From the NCBI GenBank assembly GCA_002788865.1, contig PFSC01000156.1:1-34786 (forward strand): a stretch of DNA of 34,786 nucleotides, given 5' to 3'. Positions 1 to 9,358 of the stretch are shown here, piece by piece. The stretch comes from Candidatus Roizmanbacteria bacterium CG_4_9_14_0_2_um_filter_39_13 (lineage in GTDB: Bacteria > Patescibacteriota > Microgenomatia > UBA1406 > GWC2-37-13). The translations under genes and the position numbers were made by a program. Within the stretch, counting starts at the first letter, position 1. The number at the start of each line of letters is the position of its first letter. The notes beneath the pieces are model-generated. The model did no database searches, was not told where the DNA came from, and worked only from the letters and a program-made list of their open reading frames with translations.

Positions 1-47
1 ATGAGATTATTACTAAAGTTAATCGTGGTAAAGCTATTTTAAAGACA

Positions 48-329
48 CTACACTAGAAGTAAAATAAAAACAACAAACCCAATTATTCCACCCCATTTAA
101 TTAAATTATTTCTTTGACCAATTTTAAATCTTTCATGAGATTGCATTCTCTCTTCGTGAATATATTTGTGCGTCTCTCTTCTCTGACTTAATACTTCGGA
201 GATGTGACTTTCACTCATTTTATCGTTATTGCCCCTCTCAATCTCGCGGAAAACTAAAGCAAGCTTTTCTTCGTTCTCTGTAAATATCGACTCCTTCTTT
301 TTTTGAATTTCTTTACTTTCGTTTTTCAT
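48..329 (-). CDS. Hypothetical protein with a C-terminal transmembrane helix
   Basis: 93-aa ORF with a charged helical N-terminus and a hydrophobic C-terminus (WGGIIGFVVFILLLV). Its start overlaps the stop of the upstream ORF by 4 bp. Confidence 0.6.
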   Translation of the reverse strand: MKNESKEIQKKKESIFTENEEKLALVFREIERGNNDKMSESHISEVLSQRRETHKYIHEERMQSHERFKIGQRNNLIKWGGIIGFVVFILLLV

Positions 330-571
330 AAAGAAAAATAATCCTTCGTATTAGATTGATAGGTAAACAATATTTGTTTTTCTTTATAAGTTTTATTGAA
401 TCTACAAATGGTACTAATATTGTTAAGTAATTCTTTCTTGATATAAAAAGACATTAGGCGGGTTGCTAAAGTTTTTGAAATTTTTTTTCCTACTAAAAGC
501 TCCTCAATTTTTTCAATTTTAGCACCTAATATATCTTCGTATTGTTCTTTGATTTCATCCACATTGTTCAT
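326..571 (-). CDS. Hypothetical protein
   Basis: 81-aa AT-rich ORF. A TGnTATTAT -10-like box lies 6 nt before the ATG, and the ORF is coupled to 48..329. Confidence 0.55.
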   Translation of the reverse strand: MNNVDEIKEQYEDILGAKIEKIEELLVGKKISKTLATRLMSFYIKKELLNNISTICRFNKTYKEKQILFTYQSNTKDYFSL

Positions 572-664
572 ATTTCAATAATATCATGAAATATAAAATT
601 AGTAAATTTTTTGATATCTTATACCGATGCGTGGTCTTTTTATCCTTGTTGTTAATATTTTTCT

Positions 665-1234
665 CTATAAGCTTATACTATTTTTATCCCTCTCCGAAAG
701 AATCATTGCTTCTTTCCCTATTGGCCAGTCGATTGCTAACTTAGGGTCAAATAATGAAATTGCCGCATCTCCACTCTTATCTCGATCTGCGTAGAGTCGA
801 TCCACAAAATAGACATAATCCATCGGACCATCAAGGACTGCATACGAATTCCCTACCCCAATGGGGACATACAGTGAACCGTCCAACGCTCCTTCGCCAA
901 AACCAAGGATGAATGTCTCAATCGTTTTGTATGTAGGAGATTGAGGTCGAAGATCAACAAGTGCGCAATATGCTTTTCCCGCAGTCACAAAAATAAATTT
1001 GTTCCAACCCTCGGCATGGATCCCGCGAACTACATTCTTAATTGATCGTGCATGATTGATTTGTTTGACAATAAAAGTTTGACCTGTTACAGCCTCAATT
1101 TCGGGTATTCGTCCAATTTCAGAAAAAAATCCCCGCTCATCTTCATGAAAGGATTTTTCAACAAAAAACAAACCATCAATAGATGTTTTAAAGATTCCCT
1201 TTGCTATTTGGTTTTCAGTTTTCAGTTGATACAT
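665..1234 (-). CDS. rmlC: dTDP-4-dehydrorhamnose 3,5-epimerase
   Basis: Motifs DERGFFSE, VVRGIHAEGWNK, VDLRPQSPTY, LYVPIGVGNSY and DPKLAIDWP...LSERD are typical of RmlC cupins. Confidence 0.92.
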   Translation of the reverse strand: MYQLKTENQIAKGIFKTSIDGLFFVEKSFHEDERGFFSEIGRIPEIEAVTGQTFIVKQINHARSIKNVVRGIHAEGWNKFIFVTAGKAYCALVDLRPQSPTYKTIETFILGFGEGALDGSLYVPIGVGNSYAVLDGPMDYVYFVDRLYADRDKSGDAAISLFDPKLAIDWPIGKEAMILSERDKNSISL

Positions 1235-1260
1235 ATTTTCATTATTTTATTAATTTCCAT

Positions 1261-1331
1261 GTCATTCCCGACTAGATCGGGAATCCATAATACAGAACTA
1301 GAGAATGGATCCCCGCATTCGCGAGGATGAC
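1261..1331. repeat. REP-like bipartite palindrome, GTCAT...ATGAC family
   Basis: GTCATTCCCGACTAGATCGGGAATCCA...TGGATCCCCGCATTCGCGAGGATGAC, with terminal inverted repeats and a hairpin in each arm. It overlaps the 3' end of the riboflavin kinase gene. Confidence 0.85.
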
Positions 1332-1711
1332 TGATTATTAAAATATTCTCTCGCCTGTCTTTCATCATCGTGCATTTGTGCAATCAATGCTTCCTTGTTT
1401 TCAAACTTCATATTATCACGAATTTTCTGAATACATATTACTTTCATTTCTTTTCCATAAATATTGGTGTCAAAATCAAGTATATAAATCTCGGCTTTTT
1501 TATCATGTTCATCAAAGGTGAGCGCTTTTCCAACAAAAATGAGAGATGGATACAGTACTTCATCAATCTGTGCAAATCCAACAAAAATCCCTTCAGGAGT
1601 TTTTGGCTCCACGTCAATATTTGCCGTTGGATATCCAAGTTCGGTACCGCGACGCAGATGCTTTTTTACCGCTCCAGAGAAGGAAAATAATACCGATTGT
1701 GTATTCATCAT
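1298..1711 (-). CDS. Stand-alone riboflavin kinase (C-terminal domain of RibF)
   Basis: RRGTELGYPTANI, EIYILDF..NIYG and KIRDNMKF...LIAQM..D flavokinase motifs. No FAD synthetase domain. Confidence 0.9.
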   Translation of the reverse strand: MMNTQSVLFSFSGAVKKHLRRGTELGYPTANIDVEPKTPEGIFVGFAQIDEVLYPSLIFVGKALTFDEHDKKAEIYILDFDTNIYGKEMKVICIQKIRDNMKFENKEALIAQMHDDERQAREYFNNQSSSRMRGSIL

Positions 1712-1724
1712 TTTTATTATCTAA

Positions 1725-1752
1725 TAGCCATTAGCTATCAGCTAAGGGCTAA
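1725..1752. repeat. Degenerate 7-bp tandem array (intergenic)
   Basis: TAGCCAT TAGCTAT CAGCTAA GGGCTAA, between the tRNA 3' end and the riboflavin kinase start. Confidence 0.55.
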
Positions 1753-1758
1753 TCCACG

Positions 1759-1831
1759 TGGCTGAGGAGAGAATCGAACTCTCGACCTGTCGCTTATGAA
1801 ACGACCGCTCTAACCGCTGAGCTACCCAGCC
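1759..1831 (-). tRNA. tRNA with CAT anticodon, most likely elongator tRNA-Met; CCA not encoded
   Basis: The reverse complement GGCTGGGTAGCTCAGCGGTTAGAGCGGTCGTTTCATAAGCGACAGGTCGAGAGTTCGATTCTCTCCTCAGCCA folds as a cloverleaf with anticodon loop TTCATAA. G1-C72 is paired and there is no GGG/CCC anticodon stem, so it is not the initiator. Confidence 0.92.
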
Positions 1832-1908
1832 TATTTACAATAATGAATCAATTAGTTTCCACTAAACAATAATAACAAAAACAGTCCTGTTGAATTATAA
1901 TATAAAGT

Positions 1909-2826
1909 ATGCCTTCAAACAATAGCCCTCACACGAAGATAGAGCTTTCTATCATCGTACTATCATATAATACCGCTGCGCTTACCAAGCAAACAGTCGA
2001 ATCTATTCTTACCTCACTCAAAGCGGCTCGATTTGGATATGAAATCATTGTGTTTGATAATGCTTCAAAAGACAAATCCGTAGAGTTTGTGCGCGTTCTT
2101 TCTCAGAAATTCAAACAGATTACATTAATTGCTCACCATGAAAATCTCGGCTTTTCAAAAGGAAATAATGAAGCGGTTACATTAGCTCATGGATCATATA
2201 TTCTTTTTCTCAATTCAGACATTATTATTCAAGATGATGCAATTTCAAAGTTGTTTGAGTATTACAAGAATAATCAACAATCCATCCATTTTCTCGGCGG
2301 AAAGTTGTTTAATAAAGATGGCTCTCTGCAACCATCTGGAGGACCCTTTTATTCACTTCCCGTCGTATTTGGGGCACTTTTTGCAAAAGGAGATCATTGG
2401 GGATTTTCACGTCAATCTCCCGATAAAATCACTCAAATCGACTGGGTATCTGGTGCATGTATCTTGACTACCAAAAAAATATTTAGCAAATTGAATGGTT
2501 TTGATGAAAAAATATTCATGTATATGGATGAAATTGACCTCCTGTATCGTGCAAAAAAAATGCATTATAATACCTATTTTTATCCCTATGCTCCATTTAT
2601 CCATCTTGGGTCAGCATCGAGCGAAGGGAAGACGTATCCAATCTTACAAGTGTATAAAGGATTCAAATATTTCTATAAAAAACATCACTCATCTCTCTCT
2701 ATATCTCTCCTTCTTAGTATGTTACAATTAAAAGCACTTATTGCTATTTGGATTGGTAAATTAACAAAAAATCAATATTTAACAGAGACATATGCAAAAG
2801 CTCTCGAAATTGCTAAAATGGCTTGA
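1909..2826 (+). CDS. Glycosyltransferase family 2 (WbbL/rhamnosyltransferase-like)
   Basis: LSIIVLSYN, DNASKD, NLGFSKGNN, LNSD, DWVSGAC and GFDEKIFMYMDEIDL motifs. Confidence 0.9.
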   Translation: MPSNNSPHTKIELSIIVLSYNTAALTKQTVESILTSLKAARFGYEIIVFDNASKDKSVEFVRVLSQKFKQITLIAHHENLGFSKGNNEAVTLAHGSYILFLNSDIIIQDDAISKLFEYYKNNQQSIHFLGGKLFNKDGSLQPSGGPFYSLPVVFGALFAKGDHWGFSRQSPDKITQIDWVSGACILTTKKIFSKLNGFDEKIFMYMDEIDLLYRAKKMHYNTYFYPYAPFIHLGSASSEGKTYPILQVYKGFKYFYKKHHSSLSISLLLSMLQLKALIAIWIGKLTKNQYLTETYAKALEIAKMA

Positions 2827-4333
2827 TATTCATCTTTTGAAAGTTCTTGTCATTGGCTTCATTTTCCTCATCCCACTTTATCCAAAACTTCCTGTGAGAA
2901 TGGTCAACTATACCTATATAGCGATCCGTGTCGAAGATTTTTATATGGTTCTTGTGGGTCTTGCCATTGCAATTCAATTTTTTCGAAAAAAAATGGAAAT
3001 TCCTTGGAAAATATTGTATTTATTCCTTTTGTATTGGGGAGCAGTATTTCTCTCATTTATTTGGGGATATTATTTCCAAAAAACAGTCATCATTGACCAT
3101 TTGGGCTTTCTTCATAGTGCAAGACGCATCGAATACATGCTTATTTTCTTTGTTGCATATTCAACGATAAAATCAAAGAAAGATTTTTTCCTCTATCTCA
3201 AGCTTATATTTAGCGTTCTTGCAATCGTCTCGCTTTATGGATTTGGACAGAAATTTATGGGCTGGCCCGCAGTACAGACCATGAACCCCGAATACGCAAA
3301 GGGTTACATTTTGGTACTTGAGTCTTGGTCTCGTATCTCATCCACATTTGCTGGACATTATGATCTGAGTGCCTATATTATTTTACTCATGCCAATACTC
3401 ATTGGGTATTTTTTATATACAGAATCAAAAAAATATTTTATACTTTTTCTTCTTTCTCTTGGTACACTCGTTCTTGCAGGATCACGCGCATCATATATTG
3501 CATATCTATTCTCCATCACAGTATTTCTCGTGATGATGCGCAAATTCAAACTTCTTGCCATCATACTCATTGCAACTGCAGTTCTCACTCCACTTTCTGA
3601 CAATCTTGCAAATCGATTGACAAGAACATTTCAGCAAACAAAAGTCTTTGTGGATTCGGAGACTGGACAAACATTCGTAGCTCGCAATATGACACCAGAT
3701 GATTTGCCTCCTGGTGATTTCGGGTCTGGATCAAACCTTTCAACTGTAGGTAGCGGCATCCCAGTGGTAGTAGATACTGATACTGAATATGTCGCACGGC
3801 AAAAAATTCGTGAGGATTTGTTACAAGAAGGAAAAAAATCAGGAAAAACATACTCTCCTGAAGAGATTAATTCCGCAGTCGATCTCGTGTTTTTACGACA
3901 AATTCCCATAATAAAATACCTTCCTGACATTTCAATATCTACTCGACTTCAAGTCTCATGGCCAAGAGCATTTCATGCTTTTTGGAGAAATCCCCTCCTT
4001 GGCAGTGGTCCATCTTCGCTCGGTGAGGCGACTGACGGAGACTATCTACGGTGGCTCGGAGAAACTGGACTCTTGGGAACACTTTTGTTTCTTGCTATTC
4101 TCGGATCGATCATTATGCCAATATTCAAACATACAAAAAAAATGCAACAAAAGTATGCATATATTTTCTACGGATTCCTATTTGGATTCGTTGGCCTCTT
4201 TATCAATGCTGGATACATTGACCTATTTGAAGCATCAAAGCTCGCTTACATGTTCTGGCTTCTTGCAGGAATATTTTTTGCATCATCAAAGCTATTTGTG
4301 CAGAAAAAGAGCGTTGGAAAATTGAAGATATAA
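2792..4333 (+). CDS. O-antigen ligase/Wzy_C-like polytopic membrane protein
   Basis: Many transmembrane segments; RISSTFAGH, GSRASY, R...W..A...F..NPLLGSG and YLRWLGETGLLG motifs. The exact start codon is uncertain. Confidence 0.8.
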   Translation: MQKLSKLLKWLDIHLLKVLVIGFIFLIPLYPKLPVRMVNYTYIAIRVEDFYMVLVGLAIAIQFFRKKMEIPWKILYLFLLYWGAVFLSFIWGYYFQKTVIIDHLGFLHSARRIEYMLIFFVAYSTIKSKKDFFLYLKLIFSVLAIVSLYGFGQKFMGWPAVQTMNPEYAKGYILVLESWSRISSTFAGHYDLSAYIILLMPILIGYFLYTESKKYFILFLLSLGTLVLAGSRASYIAYLFSITVFLVMMRKFKLLAIILIATAVLTPLSDNLANRLTRTFQQTKVFVDSETGQTFVARNMTPDDLPPGDFGSGSNLSTVGSGIPVVVDTDTEYVARQKIREDLLQEGKKSGKTYSPEEINSAVDLVFLRQIPIIKYLPDISISTRLQVSWPRAFHAFWRNPLLGSGPSSLGEATDGDYLRWLGETGLLGTLLFLAILGSIIMPIFKHTKKMQQKYAYIFYGFLFGFVGLFINAGYIDLFEASKLAYMFWLLAGIFFASSKLFVQKKSVGKLKI

Positions 4334-4355
4334 TACTACGCTTGAAACATTCATT

Positions 4356-5789
4356 ATGAAAAAAAAAGATATCATTATTCTCGCGGTAATATTAGTTATT
4401 GGTCTTGCGTTACGACTGTATAAAATAGATACTCCTCTTGCGGATCTTCACTCATGGAGACAGGTCGATACCGCTGCAGTTGCTCGAAACTTTACCCGCG
4501 ACGGATTCAATCTTCTGAAACCGACATACGACGACCTTTCAAGTATTCAGACGGGCTTAGAAAATCCAACTGGAATTCGCATGGTAGAGTTCCCTATTTA
4601 CAATGCAGTTTTTGGATTTTTATACAAATATTTTCCAATTACATCTCTTGAAATATATGGGCGACTCACTTCGGCACTCTTTTCGCTGGTGACAATTGGA
4701 GTCTTATACTATCTTGCACTGAAAGAAAAAAGCCGAACTGCAGCTGTAGCGTCTGCAGGAATTTATGCAATTTTTCCTTTTTTTGTATTTTTCTCACGAG
4801 TTGTACTTCCTGAGTCGACTGCTGTTGCATTCATGATGTTATCGCTTCTATTTTTACATATTGGGCTCACAAACAATAAAAAGTCAATTACCCACCTTTT
4901 GGTTGGCTCTGTGTTTTTTGCGCTTTCCATTCTTACAAAACCGACAACAATATTTTATTCATTTGCTACAGGGTATCTCTTTATTCAGACATACAAATTC
5001 GATGTCTTAAAAAACTGGCGACCATATGTGTTTTTTCTCATTGGGCTTGTCCCGCTTATTCTGTGGCGCTGGTACATTCTCCAGTATCCAGAAGGTATAC
5101 CCGCAAGCGCATGGCTCATCACTCAGGTAAATACATTCGAAGGTCCAAAAGAAATATTTTTTCGCCCCGCATTTTTCCGATGGATTTTCATGGAGCGCAT
5201 TGGAACTGAAATATTTGGTATTTATGGAGTAGCGTTTGTACTATTTGGTGTTATCGGAAAGTATAAAAACCTCTTTATTCAAAGCATTCTCTTCTCGGGT
5301 CTCGTCTATCTTTTCACCTTTCAAGGGGGAAATGTACAGCATGAATACTATCAAACAATTCTTCTTCCAATGCTTGCACTCATGGGTGGAGTTGGAATCG
5401 CAAATATATTTGAACTACCATCAAAATATGTTCAAAAAATAGTACTGTATCCCACAGTATGTGTCGCAATCATTTTCAGCCTTGTGTTTTCGTTTTATAA
5501 AGTCAAAGACTTTTACACATACCCAAATGATCTTCCACAGATAGCAGCGCTCATCAAAACCTTCACTCTTCCTGAAGATAAAATCGTGACGGACAGAAGT
5601 GGAGACACAACTCTTCTGTACCTTTCCGACAGAAAGGGTGCACCTGCAGTTTATAAAGATATAGATGAGCTGAAAAATCTTGGATATAGCTATCTGGTAA
5701 CCTCGAATGAAGGATTAAAAACAGATTTAAAATCAAGAAATCTGGAAATAATGGTCGAGACCGATCTATACTTACTTGTAAAACTTTAG
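4356..5789 (+). CDS. GT-C fold glycosyltransferase (ArnT/PMT, family 39-like)
   Basis: Polytopic membrane protein with LALRLY, WRQVDTA, EFPIYN, GRL.SA, SRVVLPE and LTKP motifs. Confidence 0.8.
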   Translation: MKKKDIIILAVILVIGLALRLYKIDTPLADLHSWRQVDTAAVARNFTRDGFNLLKPTYDDLSSIQTGLENPTGIRMVEFPIYNAVFGFLYKYFPITSLEIYGRLTSALFSLVTIGVLYYLALKEKSRTAAVASAGIYAIFPFFVFFSRVVLPESTAVAFMMLSLLFLHIGLTNNKKSITHLLVGSVFFALSILTKPTTIFYSFATGYLFIQTYKFDVLKNWRPYVFFLIGLVPLILWRWYILQYPEGIPASAWLITQVNTFEGPKEIFFRPAFFRWIFMERIGTEIFGIYGVAFVLFGVIGKYKNLFIQSILFSGLVYLFTFQGGNVQHEYYQTILLPMLALMGGVGIANIFELPSKYVQKIVLYPTVCVAIIFSLVFSFYKVKDFYTYPNDLPQIAALIKTFTLPEDKIVTDRSGDTTLLYLSDRKGAPAVYKDIDELKNLGYSYLVTSNEGLKTDLKSRNLEIMVETDLYLLVKL

Positions 5790-5817
5790 CTCACATTGAA
5801 GATTAATTTCAATACGT

Positions 5818-7029
5818 ATGAATATCTTGATGCTCACCCCCTACCTTCCGTATCCTCCAGCATCAGGCGGACAGATTCGTACGCACTACTTGCTCAAATA
5901 CCTCGCGCGAAATCACTCTATTACACTTGTAGCACTCTATAAAGATGAAAAAGAAAAACAGTACGCAAAACACTTGAGCTCATATTGCTCTGAAATACAT
6001 CTATGTAAGAGAGCAAGTAAACCATGGAAGCCGAGTATCATCGCAAAAGCAGCTTTCACCAATCAGCCATTTCTGATTGTCCGAAATTATTCTAAAGAAG
6101 CAGCTGAGAAAATAAAAACTCTCCTTCAAGAAAGGACTTTTGATGTTATTCATGCGGAGACATTTTACATCATGCCACATATTCCGAAGACATCTACGCC
6201 GATTCTTCTCGTGGAGCAAACGATTGAATACAAAGTCTACCAACACTTTACATCGTCTCTACCTTCGTTTCTCCGACTTCCGCTTCATATCGATATCATT
6301 AAACTAAAACATTGGGAAAAATATTACTGGAAAAAGGCTGATCTTGTGGCAACAGTATCCGAGTTTGACAAAAATGAAATCAAACGATTGGCACCAAGTA
6401 TTGAACCAGTAGTCATTCCAAACGGTGCTGGAGATGAAATGTTTGTGAAAGATTTACCTGAAAAAATACTTTCCAAACCAAAGCTCTTGTTTCTAGGAAA
6501 CTTTTTTTGGTTGCAAAATGTCGAGGCAGCAACATATCTAATTGAGTCTATATATCCTCTTCTGAATGATCAGATTCCCAATATGGAGGTCATTATTGCT
6601 GGACAAAATGCTGAAGGAAAGATTCCCAAATCCCATAAAAAGAATATCAAGATTATCGATCTTGATCCTGGAGATGCACAAATCGTCAAAAAACTATATC
6701 GCTCAGCAACTCTTTTCATTGCACCAATTTTTGGTCCTGGTGGGACACGCCTCAAGATTTTGGCAAGTATGGCATCGGGGCTTCCCATCGTTTCGACAAA
6801 TGTGGGTGTGCAAGGACTTGGCATTATTGATGGTGAGCATGCGGTGATCGCACAAACTCCAGAAGAGTTTGTTTCACAGATCCAAAAAATTCTTTCTGAT
6901 CCTCAATTGTATAAAAAAATTCAAAAAAATGCATTTGATTTGGTGAGTGAAAAGTTCAGTTGGGAATCTATTGCCAAAAAACTTGAGAACGTATATCGAC
7001 ATATTATCCGAAAAACCATAAGCAACTAG
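5818..7029 (+). CDS. Glycosyltransferase family 4
   Basis: PYLPYPPASGGQIR, VIPNG and GGTRLKILASMASGLPIVST...G motifs. Confidence 0.9.
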   Translation: MNILMLTPYLPYPPASGGQIRTHYLLKYLARNHSITLVALYKDEKEKQYAKHLSSYCSEIHLCKRASKPWKPSIIAKAAFTNQPFLIVRNYSKEAAEKIKTLLQERTFDVIHAETFYIMPHIPKTSTPILLVEQTIEYKVYQHFTSSLPSFLRLPLHIDIIKLKHWEKYYWKKADLVATVSEFDKNEIKRLAPSIEPVVIPNGAGDEMFVKDLPEKILSKPKLLFLGNFFWLQNVEAATYLIESIYPLLNDQIPNMEVIIAGQNAEGKIPKSHKKNIKIIDLDPGDAQIVKKLYRSATLFIAPIFGPGGTRLKILASMASGLPIVSTNVGVQGLGIIDGEHAVIAQTPEEFVSQIQKILSDPQLYKKIQKNAFDLVSEKFSWESIAKKLENVYRHIIRKTISN

Positions 7030-7030
7030 T

Positions 7031-8152
7031 ATGAAAATTGGAGTAGACATATCACAAATTGCTCACAAAGGAACGGGAGTCGCTCGGTTTACCGAAGGTC
7101 TTGTTCGGACTATTTTGATTCAAAAAGATACAACTCATGAGTGGGTATTTTTTTACTCATCATTTCGACAAAAAATCGACTCCACTCTCAGGCAGAAAAT
7201 TACAAATAGCCCTCACTCTTTGCACTCATTTCCATTTCCACCATCGTTTCTTTCTTATGTTAGTAATAATTTTCGAGGATTCACTCAATTCGTAACTCAT
7301 AACTCTAAACTCTTAACTGACCTTGACTGGTTCATCACATCTGATTGGATCGAATATCCACTCAGTATAAAAAAAACTACAATCATACATGACCTCATAT
7401 TTGTTCGACATCCAGAAACGGTTCATTCTAAGATCATACGAGCGCAACAAAAAAGGCTACAATATATATCAAAGGAGTCAGAAATAATATTTACAGACTC
7501 AAAGTCGACAGCACAAGACTTGCAGGAAGAATATAAAATCCCTGCTGATAAAATCGTATTGAACTATCCCGGAGTAGAGATAATCTCGTCTCTTTCTATT
7601 CACGATCAACAAAAGCATCTTAACGACTATCACATCAACAAACCATTTTTGTTGTCTGTTGGGAAAAGAGAGCCCAGGAAGAATATTCAAAGACTCATCA
7701 ATGTATTTCAAAAATTGAGAAAGAATACTCCTAACCTCCAACTTGTTATTGTGGGACCGGATGGTTGGGGAAAATTACATGGAGAGCAAAATAAAAATAT
7801 ACTATTTCTTGGATTTGTCTCTGATGAAATCCTTGCAACGCTGTACTCCAACGCGCTTTGTTTCGTTTTTCCTTCATTGTATGAAGGATTCGGGTATCCA
7901 GTTGTAGAAGCGATGAAATACGGTTGCCCTGTAGCAACAAGCAATACCTCATCTCTTCCAGAAATTGCAGGAGAGGCTGCAGTACTATTTGATCCTCTCG
8001 ATGAAAACTCAATCAAGAATAGCATATCGCAACTTATCAATTCTGAAGAGCTCCGTTTACAACTCATTCAAAAGGGAATAATTCAATCCAAAAAATTCAG
8101 CTGGCAAAACTATTATAATACGTTAGTTACGTCCTTAAATGACAAAACATAG
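7031..8152 (+). CDS. Glycosyltransferase family 4 (mannosyltransferase-like)
   Basis: TGVARF, TIIHDL, VGKREPRKN and FPSLYEGFGYPVVEAM..GCPV..S...SLPE motifs. Confidence 0.92.
   Translation: MKIGVDISQIAHKGTGVARFTEGLVRTILIQKDTTHEWVFFYSSFRQKIDSTLRQKITNSPHSLHSFPFPPSFLSYVSNNFRGFTQFVTHNSKLLTDLDWFITSDWIEYPLSIKKTTIIHDLIFVRHPETVHSKIIRAQQKRLQYISKESEIIFTDSKSTAQDLQEEYKIPADKIVLNYPGVEIISSLSIHDQQKHLNDYHINKPFLLSVGKREPRKNIQRLINVFQKLRKNTPNLQLVIVGPDGWGKLHGEQNKNILFLGFVSDEILATLYSNALCFVFPSLYEGFGYPVVEAMKYGCPVATSNTSSLPEIAGEAAVLFDPLDENSIKNSISQLINSEELRLQLIQKGIIQSKKFSWQNYYNTLVTSLNDKT
7287..7321. repeat. Degenerate 7-bp tandem array inside a CDS
   Basis: AATTCGT AACTCAT AACTCTA AACTCTT AACTGAC, encoding QFVTHNSKLLTD. 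Confidence 0.7.
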
Positions 8153-8160
8153 CAATGAGT

Positions 8161-8188
8161 GCTACGCGTTATACGTTATACGAAATAC
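8161..8188. repeat. Degenerate 7-bp tandem array (intergenic)
   Basis: GCTACGC GTTATAC GTTATAC GAAATAC, immediately before the ATG at 8189. Confidence 0.65.
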
Positions 8189-9298
8189 ATGAATATCGGC
8201 ATTGATGGAAATGAAGCAAATGTAGACAACCACGTCGGCGTCTCTGTGTATACACTTGAACTCCTGAAACATTTTGCAAAAACCAATCACAAAGATATAA
8301 TTTTTACTATCTTTCTTCGTGAAGAACCAAAACAAAGCATGCCGAAAGCGAAAGAGAATTTTGTTTATGAAGTGGTTCCAGCAAAAATGCTCTGGTCTCA
8401 AATTTTCCTGCCCTATCATCTTTTATTTCGGTCGGATATTGATGTATTTTTTGCACCGGCGCATTATTCGCCTCGTTTTCTCAAGCAACCGCTCGTCGTG
8501 ACAATCCATGATCTCTCGTTTCTCAAATTTCCAAATGAATTCCGACGCCGCGATCTGTATAAACTCACAAACTGGACAAAGTACTCGATTCAAAAGGCAC
8601 GTCAAATCATTGGTGTTTCCAAAACTACCAAAAAGGACATTCTCCAAGAATATCCTATTAGTTCCGAAAAGATCCAAGTCATTTATAATGGATTTACCAA
8701 ATACCCAGAAACAAAAAATAGTAAGTCTGTAATCAAAAGAGAATTTGGGTTGAGTACAAATAGATATATTCTCCATGTTGGAACTCTTCAACCAAGAAAG
8801 AATATCCCCACACTCATTGTCGCCTTTAAAAAATTTCACGAACTTCATCCTGACTTCAAGCTCGTACTACAAGGAAAAAAAGGTTGGATGTTTCATGAGA
8901 TTTTTGCAACGGTTAAAGCTCTCCATATGGAAGAAAGTGTGTGTATTCCAGGATATGTTTCAGATGAAATCGAAAGTAGTCTCTATCAAAATGCATTTTG
9001 TCTTGCTTTCCCATCGCTTTACGAAGGCTTTGGGCTTCCGATTCTTGAAGCTATGAGCCATTCTTGTCCAGTAATAGCATCTCACAATGCAAGTTTGCCA
9101 GAAATTGGTGGAGATGCATGTTTGTACTTTGATCCGAAAGATAGCAATGACCTCAATGACAAGCTTGAAAAATTGTATGGTGATAAAAATCTAGTCACAA
9201 CGCTTATCGCAAAAGGAAAAAAGCGAATTAGAGATTTTTCATGGAAAAAGTGCGCCAAGGAAACTCTTGAAGTTATAAAAAGTGCTTGTCAAGAATAA
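8189..9298 (+). CDS. Glycosyltransferase family 4
   Basis: Start MNIGIDG chosen at ATG 8189 rather than GTG 8159, by analogy with the paralogue's MKIGVD. VTIHDL, GTLQPRKN and FPSLYEGFGLPILEAM motifs. Confidence 0.92.
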   Translation: MNIGIDGNEANVDNHVGVSVYTLELLKHFAKTNHKDIIFTIFLREEPKQSMPKAKENFVYEVVPAKMLWSQIFLPYHLLFRSDIDVFFAPAHYSPRFLKQPLVVTIHDLSFLKFPNEFRRRDLYKLTNWTKYSIQKARQIIGVSKTTKKDILQEYPISSEKIQVIYNGFTKYPETKNSKSVIKREFGLSTNRYILHVGTLQPRKNIPTLIVAFKKFHELHPDFKLVLQGKKGWMFHEIFATVKALHMEESVCIPGYVSDEIESSLYQNAFCLAFPSLYEGFGLPILEAMSHSCPVIASHNASLPEIGGDACLYFDPKDSNDLNDKLEKLYGDKNLVTTLIAKGKKRIRDFSWKKCAKETLEVIKSACQE

Positions 9299-9320
9299 AT
9301 AGCTTTTCTAATATCATACT

Positions 9321-9349
9321 TCGTTAATCACCGGCTTTTTTGATAAAAT
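9321..9349 (+). repeat. 29-bp direct repeat, copy 1, containing an extended -10 box (TGATAAAAT)
   Basis: TCGTTAATCACCGGCTTTTTTGATAAAAT, 28/29 identical to 10221..10249. Confidence 0.9.
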
Positions 9350-9358
9350 TGGAATGTT

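Noticed and set aside
4359..4367. A9 tract at the start of the GT39 gene as a phase-variation switch
   Set aside because: A/T runs of 8-9 are common throughout this AT-rich window, and Lys-rich N-termini are ordinary.
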